DNA of 64,000 nucleotides from Candidatus Hermodarchaeota archaeon. Lineage in GTDB: Archaea; Asgardarchaeota; Lokiarchaeia; Sigyniarchaeales; SOKP01. The position numbers and the translations under genes were made by a program. The stretch lies in NCBI GenBank assembly GCA_048885525.1, contig JBHLLP010000013.1:1-64000 (forward strand). Reading direction: 5' to 3'. How positions within the stretch are numbered: the stretch's first letter is position 1; each line of letters starts with the position of its first letter. Below the pieces are notes generated by a model. The model saw nothing but the letters and a program-made list of their open reading frames with translations. It did not search any database and was not told the DNA's origin. Positions 1-10,515 of this stretch are shown one piece after another.

Positions 1-972
1 AGGTTAATTTCAGTAATAGCACAATTATGGGGATATCTTGGAGTCCCTCCATCAAGATTGAATGCATATGCTTATGTAGCAATGATTATTACTTTTTTAA
101 AATGGGGTGCAGCTTATCCAGTTGGACGATCCCACGCCTTATCAACTTCTATGGTAAAAGCTTTTGAAGAATTAGGTGGCGAGGTACGATATAATGCCTT
201 AGTAAACAGAATAATTGTTGAAAATGGGAGAGTTAAAGGAGTGGAATTACTAAATGGAAATGTATATAATTGTCAAGCTGTAATTTCAAATGTAAACCCT
301 ATATGCACAACTATGAAAATGCTTCCTAGGGATGTTGTGCCTGAGAATTATGTAAAAAAAATATATGCTCCAGAAATCGGTCCCTCTGCCTTTTCGGTTT
401 ATCTGGGATTAAAAGCTTCTTATAAAGAAATAGGATTGAATGCTCATGAATTTGCTATAAGCGAATCAGATGACATGGATAAAGCTTATGAAACTTTTGC
501 CAAACTAGAAGCTCCTAAATTTGTTGTAGCTGGGTGTTATAATCATGTGTACAATGATATTTCTCCTCCAGGAACTGCAGAACTTTGCATAACAACATTA
601 CAAATGGGTAAACTTTGGCATAATGTCTCTCCTGATCAATATCATAAAGTTAAAGATTATCTCTCAGATAAAATGGTTGAACTAATAGAGAAAACTATTT
701 GTCCAGATATACGGGATTATATAGAGGTAGCTGAGGCAGCAACGCCTTTAACTTATTATCGATATTCAAAAAACATGGAAGGAGCAATTTATGGTTATAC
801 TCAAGATTTATTAGATGGGCCTAATCTTAGACTAAAAAGTCGAGGCCCTATTCCCGGGTTATATCAATGTGGGGCTTGGACAAATATTGGTGGTGGATTT
901 TCAGCTAGTATTCTTAGTGGTAGAATTGCTGCAGGTATGTTTTTAAAAGATAATAAAGAAGGGAGGTGGTAA
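1..972 (+). CDS. Phytoene desaturase (CrtI) / retinol saturase-like FAD-dependent oxidoreductase, 5' partial
   Basis: Frame is open from base 1. Motifs YPVGRSHALSTSMVKAFEELGGEV, PSAFSVYLGL, ATPLTYYRYS..GAIYG and PIPGLYQCGAW..GGG match the C-terminal half of the CrtI/RetSat family. Confidence 0.8.
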   Translation, partial: RLISVIAQLWGYLGVPPSRLNAYAYVAMIITFLKWGAAYPVGRSHALSTSMVKAFEELGGEVRYNALVNRIIVENGRVKGVELLNGNVYNCQAVISNVNPICTTMKMLPRDVVPENYVKKIYAPEIGPSAFSVYLGLKASYKEIGLNAHEFAISESDDMDKAYETFAKLEAPKFVVAGCYNHVYNDISPPGTAELCITTLQMGKLWHNVSPDQYHKVKDYLSDKMVELIEKTICPDIRDYIEVAEAATPLTYYRYSKNMEGAIYGYTQDLLDGPNLRLKSRGPIPGLYQCGAWTNIGGGFSASILSGRIAAGMFLKDNKEGRW

Positions 973-2174
973 CCATGGAAAAAGAGATAATGAATGATGT
1001 AAAGAAATATCAAAAGCTTGAGAAATTAAAAAAAATGCGTGAAGAGGTTCAACAAATTCCATGGTATTTTGATGGATTAGAAAATCTCTGCGATAGAATC
1101 CATCCAGAAAAACAGTTCCTTCAAGTTACTGACATAGAAGAATTATCTAACGATACTAAGTTATTTCGATTCATATCTGCAAAACATAATAAACCATTAG
1201 CACCATTTCGGGCAGGTCAATATATTGGTCTTATTGTTGAAATCAATGGAGTTAGAACATCTCGACCTTTTTCATTAGTCTCATCTCCAAATCAACTTTC
1301 ATATTATGAGCTAGCTGTAAAAAGAAAAGAAAATGGATTCGTCAGTAATTACCTTATTGATAAAATAAAAGTTGGAAATATTCTCGAAGCAACAGAACCA
1401 TTAGGGGATTTATATTACAATCAAATATTTCATGGAAAAAATTTAGTATTTATTGCTGGGGGTTCTGGAATTACACCGTTTATATCAATGTTAAGAAACA
1501 TTACTGAGTTTAATTTGAAGCTGAATGTTTGGTTGTTTTTTGGATGTTTAACAGAAGAAGATATATTGTTTAGGACAGAATTAGATAATATTCAATCTCG
1601 ACGTTCCAATATCAAAGTAAAGTATATTCTTTCCGAACCAGGATCCAATTGGAAAGACGCCTGTGGGTTCATTACAAAAGATATAATCTTAGATGAAATA
1701 AAAACTATTGATGATAAATTCTTTTATATTGTTGGTAATAGAGCTATGTATTCCTTTATAGAAGAACAATTAAAAGAGTTAAATATTTCTGGATCTCGAA
1801 CTATCTTTGAATTATATGGTGTTCCTGATGACGTAACTAAAACTGTAGGTTGGCCAAAAGATATTATAGCATCAAATAAGGTAAAGATTATAATAGATTT
1901 CATAAAACAAGGAAAAAAAGTACAAGAAGCTATAGAAGCCCCAAGTATAGAACCAATATTGAATAGTCTTGAAAAAGAAAAGGGTCTAGAATTACTAATC
2001 AATAGTGGATGTCGATCAGGTGCATGTGCATTGTGTAGAACCAAACTTAAATCTGGTAGAGTCTTTTTGCTTCCAGAAGTCAAAATGAGAGAAATAGACC
2101 AAGAATTTGGCTTTATTCATCCTTGTGTGGCATATCCATTGACAAACATTCATTTAGATTTAACTCTAACTTAA
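966..2174 (+). CDS. FAD/NAD(P)-binding oxidoreductase with C-terminal [2Fe-2S] ferredoxin (PaaE/KshB/Hcr-type reductase)
   Basis: Motifs FRAGQY, RPFSLVS and FIAGGSGITPF, plus C-terminal CRSGACALC...C. Overlaps the upstream stop codon, suggesting translational coupling. Confidence 0.88.
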   Translation: MVTMEKEIMNDVKKYQKLEKLKKMREEVQQIPWYFDGLENLCDRIHPEKQFLQVTDIEELSNDTKLFRFISAKHNKPLAPFRAGQYIGLIVEINGVRTSRPFSLVSSPNQLSYYELAVKRKENGFVSNYLIDKIKVGNILEATEPLGDLYYNQIFHGKNLVFIAGGSGITPFISMLRNITEFNLKLNVWLFFGCLTEEDILFRTELDNIQSRRSNIKVKYILSEPGSNWKDACGFITKDIILDEIKTIDDKFFYIVGNRAMYSFIEEQLKELNISGSRTIFELYGVPDDVTKTVGWPKDIIASNKVKIIIDFIKQGKKVQEAIEAPSIEPILNSLEKEKGLELLINSGCRSGACALCRTKLKSGRVFLLPEVKMREIDQEFGFIHPCVAYPLTNIHLDLTLT

Positions 2175-2273
2175 ACAAAAAAAATTGAAATCTTATATTC
2201 CTTTTTATCCAATTATATATTTAATATTATAAATTGATTAAAATAAGTCAAAATGTATAAAGAAGTGTAATAA

Positions 2274-2675
2274 ATGAAAATTTTAACAGAAGAATGGGTT
2301 GAAGCATTCGGTAAAGCTATTAATGAAAATCCGGATTATAAACCATCAGCTTTAACTTGGGAAGGGGATATGCTTCTAGTCATTGAGCCTAGTGGAAATT
2401 TGGATCATGAAGTTAGAATTTTTATAGGTTTATATCATGGAGAATGCACTGGTACTAGATTGATTCCAGAAGGAGAAGAAATTGAAACAGAATATGTTAT
2501 GGCAGGACCTTATGATAATTTCGTATCAGTAATGAAAAAAGAAATTGATCCTATTAGAGCGATAATGGCTGGTAAATTAAGACTTGAAGGAGATATGGCA
2601 AAACTAATGCGACATACTAAAGCAGCCTTAGAAATTGTCAATAGTCTTGGAAGTTTCGAGACAGATTATTTATAA
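2274..2675 (+). CDS. SCP2 sterol/lipid-binding domain protein
   Basis: 133 aa with DPIRAIMAGKLRLEGDMAKLM, the SCP2 signature. Confidence 0.88.
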   Translation: MKILTEEWVEAFGKAINENPDYKPSALTWEGDMLLVIEPSGNLDHEVRIFIGLYHGECTGTRLIPEGEEIETEYVMAGPYDNFVSVMKKEIDPIRAIMAGKLRLEGDMAKLMRHTKAALEIVNSLGSFETDYL

Positions 2676-2735
2676 TTGAATTCAAATTTCATTTTTTTTA
2701 TCAAAATTTTTCTACTAATTTTATGAGGGTAAAAA

Positions 2736-3935
2736 ATGTGGTATTTCTATAGTCCAAATATTATTTATGGTGAGAATAGTCTAGATTTCCTTAATGATAT
2801 TAAAGGTAGTAAATGTTACATAGTAACTGATAAAATTATCGAAGAATTAGGCTATCTAAAAATTCTAACAGATAAATTAGCTAAATTTAAAAAAGAATAC
2901 AAGATATTTAATGAAGTTATTCCAGATCCCAGAGAAGATGGCGTATTAAAGGCGAGAGAAGAGTGCTTATCTTATTCTCCAGAGTTAATAATTGCCTTAG
3001 GAGGGGGATCCGTAATAGATACTGCTAAGACAGCATGGGTTTTATATGAATTTCCAGAGTTAAATATTGGAGATATCCATCTCTTTAGAACTGAATTATA
3101 TGAAACAGGAAAGAAATCAAAATTTATCGCAATACCAACCACTTCAGGAACAGGTTCGGAAGCATCAAATGGTACTATAATTTCAAAATTTGAAGATGAT
3201 ATATGGAAAAAATTCATTTACGCTCATCGAGGAATTACTCCTACCTATGCAATAGTGGATCCTATATTTCCAAAAGGAATGCCTCCAAATTTAACAGTTG
3301 ATACTGCTTTTGATGCATTATCACATGCGATTGAAGGAATGGTTTCTAATTGGAAAAATGAGTTTTCAAATGCAATGGGTTTGAAAGCTATAGAGTTAAT
3401 TTTTAAGTATTTGCCATTAGCTTACAAGGATGGGGAAAACATTGAAGCGAGAGATTATCTTCACCAGGCAGCTACTATGGCAGGTTTAGCGTTTAGTAAT
3501 TCTCAAGTTCATATTGGCCATGGAATGGGTCATAGTTGGGGTGCTATCTTTCATACCCCTCATGGAAGAGCTGTTGGAATTTTACTTCCATATATCTCCC
3601 AGTTTTGTCTAAACAACCCTGATACAAGTGATAATACTTTAGAAGTATATGAAAAAATAGCGAAACAAATGGGATGGGCTAAATGGGCTGATGACAGTAA
3701 AAAAGCAGCATTTAAAGCGGTAGATAAAATTAAAGAACTTCAAAAAACTGTAAAGTTTCCCACTTCTTTAAAGGATTTAGGTGTATCAAAAATAGAATTT
3801 GAGGAAAATCTGGATCTTTTAATTACATGTTGTTTTCAAGATGCTACAGCGGTTATGACACCAAGATCAATTACGGATGAGTACTTTAGAAAAATTTATG
3901 ATTATGCTTATAATGGAAACGACATTGATTTCTAA
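2736..3935 (+). CDS. Iron-containing (group III) alcohol dehydrogenase
   Basis: GGGSVIDTAK, IPTTSGTGSE, DALSHAIE and HGMGH..HG metal ligands. Confidence 0.93.
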   Translation: MWYFYSPNIIYGENSLDFLNDIKGSKCYIVTDKIIEELGYLKILTDKLAKFKKEYKIFNEVIPDPREDGVLKAREECLSYSPELIIALGGGSVIDTAKTAWVLYEFPELNIGDIHLFRTELYETGKKSKFIAIPTTSGTGSEASNGTIISKFEDDIWKKFIYAHRGITPTYAIVDPIFPKGMPPNLTVDTAFDALSHAIEGMVSNWKNEFSNAMGLKAIELIFKYLPLAYKDGENIEARDYLHQAATMAGLAFSNSQVHIGHGMGHSWGAIFHTPHGRAVGILLPYISQFCLNNPDTSDNTLEVYEKIAKQMGWAKWADDSKKAAFKAVDKIKELQKTVKFPTSLKDLGVSKIEFEENLDLLITCCFQDATAVMTPRSITDEYFRKIYDYAYNGNDIDF

Positions 3936-3943
3936 ATCTAATA

Positions 3944-5806
3944 GTGAAGAATATGGGAAATTTAAAGGGATTTGTAGGAAAGTTATTAGTAGTAAACCTT
4001 ACCACAAATGAGATTACTGAAGAAAATCTTAATGAAAAAATAGCAAAAGAATTTTTGGGAGGTGCGGGGTACTGTTGCAAGTATCTCTATGATCATATCT
4101 CTTTTGATACTGAACCATTATCTCCAGAGAATATTTTAATGTTTATGACAGGTCCTTTCTGTGGATCTAATGTTCCTACTAGTGGGAGATTTGTTGTATG
4201 TGCTAAATCTCCTTATACAGGAATATGGGGTGAATCTAATTGTGGAGGTTTTTTTGGTCCAGAGCTTAAAAAAGCAGGTTATGATGGAATTATCATAAAA
4301 GGTGCTTCTGAAAATCCAGTCTATCTAGAAATAACTGATAATGGTACTAATATTAAAGATGCATCCTCTTTATGGGGGAAAGGCATAATAGAAACCTCAC
4401 TAATTTTGAAAGAACAATCAGGCTCAAATTTAACAAGAATATCGTGTATTGGGCAAGCTGGTGAAAAATTAGTTAAATATGCGATTATTGCTTCGGAAGA
4501 AAAAGCTGCAGGAAGAACGGGTATGGGAGCAGTTATGGGATCTAAAAAATTGAAAGCTATAACTGTTCGTGGCAAGAAAAGGGATTTTGAAGCTACTGAT
4601 TCTGAAAAATTTAAAAAAGCAGTCCAAAAAACATTAAATGATGTAAATCAAGCATTCACAACAAAAATGTATGGTGATATTGGTACATCTGCGGGTATAG
4701 ATTTATGGAACAGCACGGGGGAGATACCTAAAAAATATTGGACTTTGGGTGAAGAATGGGAAGGTGCATACAACATTTCTGGTATGACAGCTTTAGAAAA
4801 AACAGTTACCCGAAAATATCCTTGTTTTTCATGCCCAATCGGATGTGCTAAAAAGGCAAAGGTAAAAGAAGGAGAATTTAAAACTGATGATGAAGTTGCA
4901 GCTCCAGAATACCAAACGCTTGCAGGTTTCGGTTCAATGATATTAAATGATAATATTGAGTCAATAGTAAAAGCAAATGAATTATGCAATGATTTCGGAA
5001 TAGATACAATTAGTACTAGCAGTATAATCGCTCTTTTATATTATTTAAATGATTCCGGTCAAATCAAACCAGAACAAATTGATGGTTTGAATCCCAAATG
5101 GGGAGATATTAAGCCAGCTTTAGATTTGATTAAGAAAATCTCATTTAAAGAAGGTATAGGAAACTTACTAGCAGAAGGATCTGATGCAATAGGGAAGGAA
5201 TTTAACATAAGTCAAGATGAAATCGCTACTGTGTATGGTATGGAAGTACCTTACCATGATCTTAGATCTAATTTCGGGATGGCAATTGCTTATGCTATAG
5301 CAGCGCCTAGAGGTCCTTGTCATAACACATGTGATATGTGTACAATTTTATTAGGAACTCCCCTCGAAGAATTTGAAATAGAAACCATTGATAAATATAA
5401 AGATAATTCAGAAATGGCTAAAATGAGTGCTCGAGCTCAAGACTATCGAGCTCTTTACAGTTCATTAGTCTTTTGTGTGTTTGCTAATCCATTACCCTCC
5501 TTAATTGCCGAATTAATAGAAACTGGTATCGGATTGGAATGTGATAATAAGAAACTTAGAATCTACGGTGAGAGAATTTTTATAATGAAAAGAATGTTTA
5601 ATCTGAAAATGGGTGTTACTCCTAAAGATGATAAATTACCTAAAATACTCCTTAATCCATTAGAAGGGACTGAGAGTGCAGGTAAAACCCCTAACTTCGA
5701 ACAACTAAAACAAGAATACTATAAATACAGATCTTGGGATATTAAAACAGGAGAATTGGATCAAGAAAACTTAAAAAAATTAGGTTTGGAAGGACTTAAA
5801 AAATAA
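3944..5806 (+). CDS. aor: Tungsten-containing aldehyde:ferredoxin oxidoreductase family protein
   Basis: KSPYTG..GESNCGG, AAGRTGMGAVMGSKKLKA, CFSCPIGC, DTIS and GPCH motifs. The likely start is the ATG a few codons inside the ORF. Confidence 0.92.
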   Translation: MKNMGNLKGFVGKLLVVNLTTNEITEENLNEKIAKEFLGGAGYCCKYLYDHISFDTEPLSPENILMFMTGPFCGSNVPTSGRFVVCAKSPYTGIWGESNCGGFFGPELKKAGYDGIIIKGASENPVYLEITDNGTNIKDASSLWGKGIIETSLILKEQSGSNLTRISCIGQAGEKLVKYAIIASEEKAAGRTGMGAVMGSKKLKAITVRGKKRDFEATDSEKFKKAVQKTLNDVNQAFTTKMYGDIGTSAGIDLWNSTGEIPKKYWTLGEEWEGAYNISGMTALEKTVTRKYPCFSCPIGCAKKAKVKEGEFKTDDEVAAPEYQTLAGFGSMILNDNIESIVKANELCNDFGIDTISTSSIIALLYYLNDSGQIKPEQIDGLNPKWGDIKPALDLIKKISFKEGIGNLLAEGSDAIGKEFNISQDEIATVYGMEVPYHDLRSNFGMAIAYAIAAPRGPCHNTCDMCTILLGTPLEEFEIETIDKYKDNSEMAKMSARAQDYRALYSSLVFCVFANPLPSLIAELIETGIGLECDNKKLRIYGERIFIMKRMFNLKMGVTPKDDKLPKILLNPLEGTESAGKTPNFEQLKQEYYKYRSWDIKTGELDQENLKKLGLEGLKK

Positions 5807-5820
5807 AGAAAAAAGAATAA

Positions 5821-6645
5821 TTATTTCCATCGCCATTTAGGTTTTGTTTTTTGAAGACGAGCAAGAGCTCCTGCTGTAGCATCTTTAGTTTGCAGTAATT
5901 GTGAACTAACTAGTGTTTCTAATTCTAATCCAAAGGCGGTATCCTTACCATAACAATCATCTATCAATTTTTTTGCAAGTCCCACTGCTAAAGGTCCACT
6001 AGTCATAAGCTCATCAGTATACTTTTGTATAATTGAATCTAATTCTTCATGGTCTTTAGCAACTCGATTTACAACACCAAGTCTATAAGCTTCCTGGCCA
6101 TCAAACATTCGTCCAGTTAAGATAATATCTTTAGTGTTTTGGATACCTACAAGTCTAGTTAATCTAATTGTACCACCTACATCAGGATTCATAGAAATCT
6201 TGCTTTCTAGCATATGAAATTCAGCTGATTGGGTACAGAATCGAAAATCACATGCTAATGCTAACTCAAATGCCATTCCATAACAGTAGCCGTTTATTTT
6301 AGCTATTACTGGTTTTTCCATCTTTTCAATTTTTGTAAAAATAGGATGAATCCAAGTATTTGCAAAATATCTAAAGTTCCTAGGAATTCTTAAATCCGGA
6401 ATGACACCTTCAGGATCTCTTTCTTGGCCTGTTAAAAAGTTTAAATCAATACCTGAACTGAAAAAATCATCTCCTCCAGTAATAATTACTACCCTTGCGT
6501 CAGTTCTTTCAACTTTATCAATTGCTTTTTGAAGTCCAACCATTAAATCATAATTCATTGCATTTTTTTTATCTAATCGATTCATTCTTATGGTTTTAAT
6601 AGTTTTATCTTCGTTTTCTTCTATTAATACTGCATTTTCATTCAT
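5821..6645 (-). CDS. Enoyl-CoA hydratase/isomerase (crotonase)
   Basis: FSSGIDL and KPVIAKINGYCYGMAFELALACDFR motifs, second Glu in MLESK, and PDVGG. Confidence 0.92.
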   Translation of the reverse strand: MNENAVLIEENEDKTIKTIRMNRLDKKNAMNYDLMVGLQKAIDKVERTDARVVIITGGDDFFSSGIDLNFLTGQERDPEGVIPDLRIPRNFRYFANTWIHPIFTKIEKMEKPVIAKINGYCYGMAFELALACDFRFCTQSAEFHMLESKISMNPDVGGTIRLTRLVGIQNTKDIILTGRMFDGQEAYRLGVVNRVAKDHEELDSIIQKYTDELMTSGPLAVGLAKKLIDDCYGKDTAFGLELETLVSSQLLQTKDATAGALARLQKTKPKWRWK

Positions 6646-6807
6646 TTTTTTTCTCTTCGATTATTTAATTTTTGAGTAATATAATTTTGTTTGGATAAAA
6701 AAACTAATTATTTCACTGAAAAAAGCTCCTTTTTTCTTATGCTAATTAAATTTTAATACATTACCATGTTTTCTTATTTAAAAATAAATATACATTGAGG
6801 ATTAAAA

Positions 6808-8820
6808 TTGAAGTTCTTTAAATTGTTTACACCTTTTAAAATTAGGAATATGACGGTTTCCAACCGTATCGTAATGCCTGCTTTAAATCTTAACCTAGCA
6901 GATAATGGTTTTATCACAAAAAGATTAATAGATTTCTATGTTGAAAGAGCAAAAGGTGGTGCTGGGATGCTAATAGTTGGAGGATGTTACATAGATCTTT
7001 ATGCAAAGGGAGTTCCTATGATGATATCAATTGAAAATGACGATTATATTCCAAAACTAACAGAATTTACAGAAGCAGTACATAATGCTCGAGATGATGT
7101 CAAAGTTGTCTGTCAATTATATCATAGTGGGGCTTATACATTTCCACAAATAATTGGGAAAGCGCCTATTGCGCCTTCTGCTGTATATAGTAATTTCAGT
7201 AAAACGACTCCCAGAGAAATGACTTTGGAAGATATTAAAACAGAGCAACAAGCTTTTGCTGATGCTGCCATCCGAGCAAAGAAAGCAGGATTTGACGCAG
7301 TGGAAATATGTGCTAATGCTGGTTATTTGTTCAGTCAATTTACATCTCCAAAAACAAATAGACGAACTGATGAATATGGCGGCAGTTTTGAAAATCGTTT
7401 AAGATTTCCTTTAGAAACTCTTGAATTAATGAGATCTAGTGTAAATGACTTTCCCATTGGATATCGAATTTCTGGCGATGATTTTGTTCCAGAGAGCAAC
7501 ACTTATAAAGAAAAAGCTATAATAGCAGAAAGAATATCTAAATACTTAGATTATTTAAATGTAACTGGAGGTTGGCATGAAACAAAAACCCCACAAACTA
7601 CTATGGATGTTCCAGAAGGATGTTATACATATTTAGCTGAAAATATCAACAATCGTGTTTCTATTCCAGTTTTTGCGTCCAATCGGATTAATAATCCTGA
7701 ATTAGCCGAACAAGTATTAATGGCTGGAAAGGCAGATGCCATATGTATGGGTAGAGCAATTGTAGCTGATCCTTATTTACCATTAAAAGCGAAAAAAGGT
7801 GAAATTAGAGACATAATGACATGCATTGGGTGCAATCAAGGATGTTTTGACGCTATTTTTAAGATGGTTCCAGTATCGTGTTTAAGAAACGCTAGAGCTG
7901 GAAATGAGGCTAAAACAGAATTAAAACCAATTAAAGATAAAAAGAAAATAATGGTAATTGGTGCAGGTCCTGGAGGCTTAGAAGCTGCCAGAGTTGCGGC
8001 AATGAGAGGACATGAAGTTCATATTTTTGAAAAAGATGACAAAATCGGAGGATTAATAAATATAATTTGGATCCCTCCTGGTAGAAATGAATTCAAAAGA
8101 ATGATAGATAATTATTCTTATTGGATTCAAAAATATGGAATCCACTTACATCTTGACCAAGAAGTTACATTGGATACCGTTAAGCAATTCAATTCTGATG
8201 TGGTCTTTATTGCAACTGGTGCAAAGCCAATAAAACCCCCAATTCCCGGCATTGAGAGTGAAAATGTTTATTGGGCTAATGATGTCTTTAGTATGGATGC
8301 TCCTGTGGGTAAAAACAATGTAATCATCGGTGGAGGCGCAACGGGAATTGAATTAGCGATTTATTTGGCCAAGTACGGCGCTTTGAGTCTTGAAGCATTT
8401 GATTTTCTTACTTCCTACAACGCTCTAGACCCAAATACTGCGTTGAATATGCTACATAACATGAGGAATAAAGTAACTGTCTTAGAACAACTACCAAAGT
8501 TGGGTTCTGCTTTGGGTAAGACCACAAAATGGGTCCTTCTTGATAAATGTGATGCATTAGGTGTTAAATTCCATACTGGTGTGAGAGTTAAAGAAATTGG
8601 AGAAAATTCTGTAAGTTATCTTGATACGAAAGATAATGAACAAATTATTAACGATGTAGATGTAGTGTATTATGCTACTGGAGTACAATCGAATGATTCT
8701 CTCTATAAAGAAATAAAACAGCTGGAAAATCTTAGAGTGGAGAAAATTGGGGATGCAAGAAAACCAGAAACAGTCTTAGAAGCAATTCATAAAGCTTATC
8801 AGCTCGCAAATAAAATTTAA
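6808..8820 (+). CDS. fadH: 2,4-dienoyl-CoA reductase-like NADH:flavin oxidoreductase (OYE TIM barrel + 4Fe-4S + FAD domain)
   Basis: NRRTDEYGGSFENRLRF, TGGWHE, CIGCNQGC and GAGPGGLEAA. TTG start. Confidence 0.85.
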   Translation: MKFFKLFTPFKIRNMTVSNRIVMPALNLNLADNGFITKRLIDFYVERAKGGAGMLIVGGCYIDLYAKGVPMMISIENDDYIPKLTEFTEAVHNARDDVKVVCQLYHSGAYTFPQIIGKAPIAPSAVYSNFSKTTPREMTLEDIKTEQQAFADAAIRAKKAGFDAVEICANAGYLFSQFTSPKTNRRTDEYGGSFENRLRFPLETLELMRSSVNDFPIGYRISGDDFVPESNTYKEKAIIAERISKYLDYLNVTGGWHETKTPQTTMDVPEGCYTYLAENINNRVSIPVFASNRINNPELAEQVLMAGKADAICMGRAIVADPYLPLKAKKGEIRDIMTCIGCNQGCFDAIFKMVPVSCLRNARAGNEAKTELKPIKDKKKIMVIGAGPGGLEAARVAAMRGHEVHIFEKDDKIGGLINIIWIPPGRNEFKRMIDNYSYWIQKYGIHLHLDQEVTLDTVKQFNSDVVFIATGAKPIKPPIPGIESENVYWANDVFSMDAPVGKNNVIIGGGATGIELAIYLAKYGALSLEAFDFLTSYNALDPNTALNMLHNMRNKVTVLEQLPKLGSALGKTTKWVLLDKCDALGVKFHTGVRVKEIGENSVSYLDTKDNEQIINDVDVVYYATGVQSNDSLYKEIKQLENLRVEKIGDARKPETVLEAIHKAYQLANKI

Positions 8821-8845
8821 TTTCCCAATATAAATAAAATTTGAA

Positions 8846-10396
8846 TTAAGAATTAAAGATTTTACCAGTTTTTTTTTCTTCTTCTTCACGAAGGGGTTGT
8901 TTCATTATCTTTCCTGTAGGAGTTTTAGGAAGGTCATCTCTAAATTCGACATATTTTGGTACTTTAAAATCCGCTAAATTTTGTTTGCAATATTCGATAA
9001 TCTCTTCTTCAGTTGCAGATTCCCCTTCTTTTAAAACAATAAAAGCTTTAGGAAGTTCTCCATAGATTTCGTCACGTACACCAATGACAGTCCCTAATGA
9101 AACTGCTGGATGAGAGTAAATTACTTCTTCAATTTCACGAGGATAAATATTCTCTCCTCCTCGAATTATCATATCCTTTTTGCGATCTGTTATATAGAAA
9201 AACCCATCTTCATCCATATATCCAATATCTCCCGTATATAGCCAACCATCTTTGAGAGTTTCATTGTTTGCTTCAGGGTTTTTAAAATATTCTTTCATGA
9301 CATTATCTCCCTTAACAACAATTTCACCTTTAGTATTCGGAGGAACTTCTTTTCCATCTTCATTAACAATTTTCATCTCATTTCCAGGTAAAGGAACTCC
9401 AATACTTCCTACTTTTCGTCTATCTTCTGTTTCTGTGGGTAAAGGATTAACTGAAGAAGCACATGTACCCTCCGTTAAACCATAACCTTCTACTATTTTG
9501 CAATTAAATGTATTTTCAAACTCCTTGAACACTTCAACAGGTAATGGAGCAGCACCACAAATAACAAACTCTAATGAAGAAAGATCTAAATTCTCATGTG
9601 GCATCCTTAATAAGATAGAGAGTACAGTGGGAACACAACTGAAAGTCGATGCCTTATACCTAGCAACGGTTTCCCAATGTGTTTGAGCTGAAAATCCAGG
9701 TGTTAATATACAACTTGCTCCAGTTGTAAGTGGTGCCATGACAGTTACTATTTGAGCATTCACATGAAATAAGGGTAAAATTAACATAAATCGATAATAC
9801 TCCTTCGCATCCATGAAATCTCGTATCATCTCAGCATTACGACGAATATTAAAATGAGTTTGTAATACTCCTTTAGGAAAACCAGTAGTTCCTGATGTAT
9901 ATAATATTGCGGCAGGATCTTCTTTTTCATTAATACTTACTTTGGGAGGGGGATCGGTAGATGCTTTTTCCATCAATTCTTCAAATCTTAAGGTACCTTC
10001 GATTGACTCTCCAATTACAATTATATCTTTCAAATCTGGAAGCTCACTTTTAATTTGGTTTACCAATTCCATAAATTTAGGAATAGTTATAATAGCTTTA
10101 GCCTCTGAATGCCCTACTACAAATTTAACTTCTCTAGGTTTAAATAACGCATTTACAGGACCAGTAACTGCACCTATTTTAGGGATACCTAAGTATAAAT
10201 ATACATACTCAGGCATATTTGGTAAATAAACACTAACTTTATCACCTTTTTTAATACCTAAATCGTATAAAAAATTCGCTACTTTATTTGTGAGTTCATT
10301 CAATTGAGCATAAGAAATAGTAATATCATTCCAGTACAGAAATATTTTGTCCTTATAGTTTTTTGCTTGGCTTTCCATTAATTCTCTTAAATTCAT
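8846..10396 (-). CDS. fadD: Long-chain fatty acid--CoA ligase
   Basis: YTSGTTGFPKG, EGYGLTE, TGD, RKKDMIIRGGENIYPREIE and PKTPTGK. Confidence 0.92.
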   Translation of the reverse strand: MNLRELMESQAKNYKDKIFLYWNDITISYAQLNELTNKVANFLYDLGIKKGDKVSVYLPNMPEYVYLYLGIPKIGAVTGPVNALFKPREVKFVVGHSEAKAIITIPKFMELVNQIKSELPDLKDIIVIGESIEGTLRFEELMEKASTDPPPKVSINEKEDPAAILYTSGTTGFPKGVLQTHFNIRRNAEMIRDFMDAKEYYRFMLILPLFHVNAQIVTVMAPLTTGASCILTPGFSAQTHWETVARYKASTFSCVPTVLSILLRMPHENLDLSSLEFVICGAAPLPVEVFKEFENTFNCKIVEGYGLTEGTCASSVNPLPTETEDRRKVGSIGVPLPGNEMKIVNEDGKEVPPNTKGEIVVKGDNVMKEYFKNPEANNETLKDGWLYTGDIGYMDEDGFFYITDRKKDMIIRGGENIYPREIEEVIYSHPAVSLGTVIGVRDEIYGELPKAFIVLKEGESATEEEIIEYCKQNLADFKVPKYVEFRDDLPKTPTGKIMKQPLREEEEKKTGKIFNS

Positions 10397-10515
10397 ATTT
10401 CTTCCCTTTTTTATTTGTTTTTATCATATAGCAAATTAAATAATCTTATATATAAATTTTATAATTAATTGAAATTCATCCATTATTAGATAAAGAGAAA
10501 AAAAAGATAAAAGTA

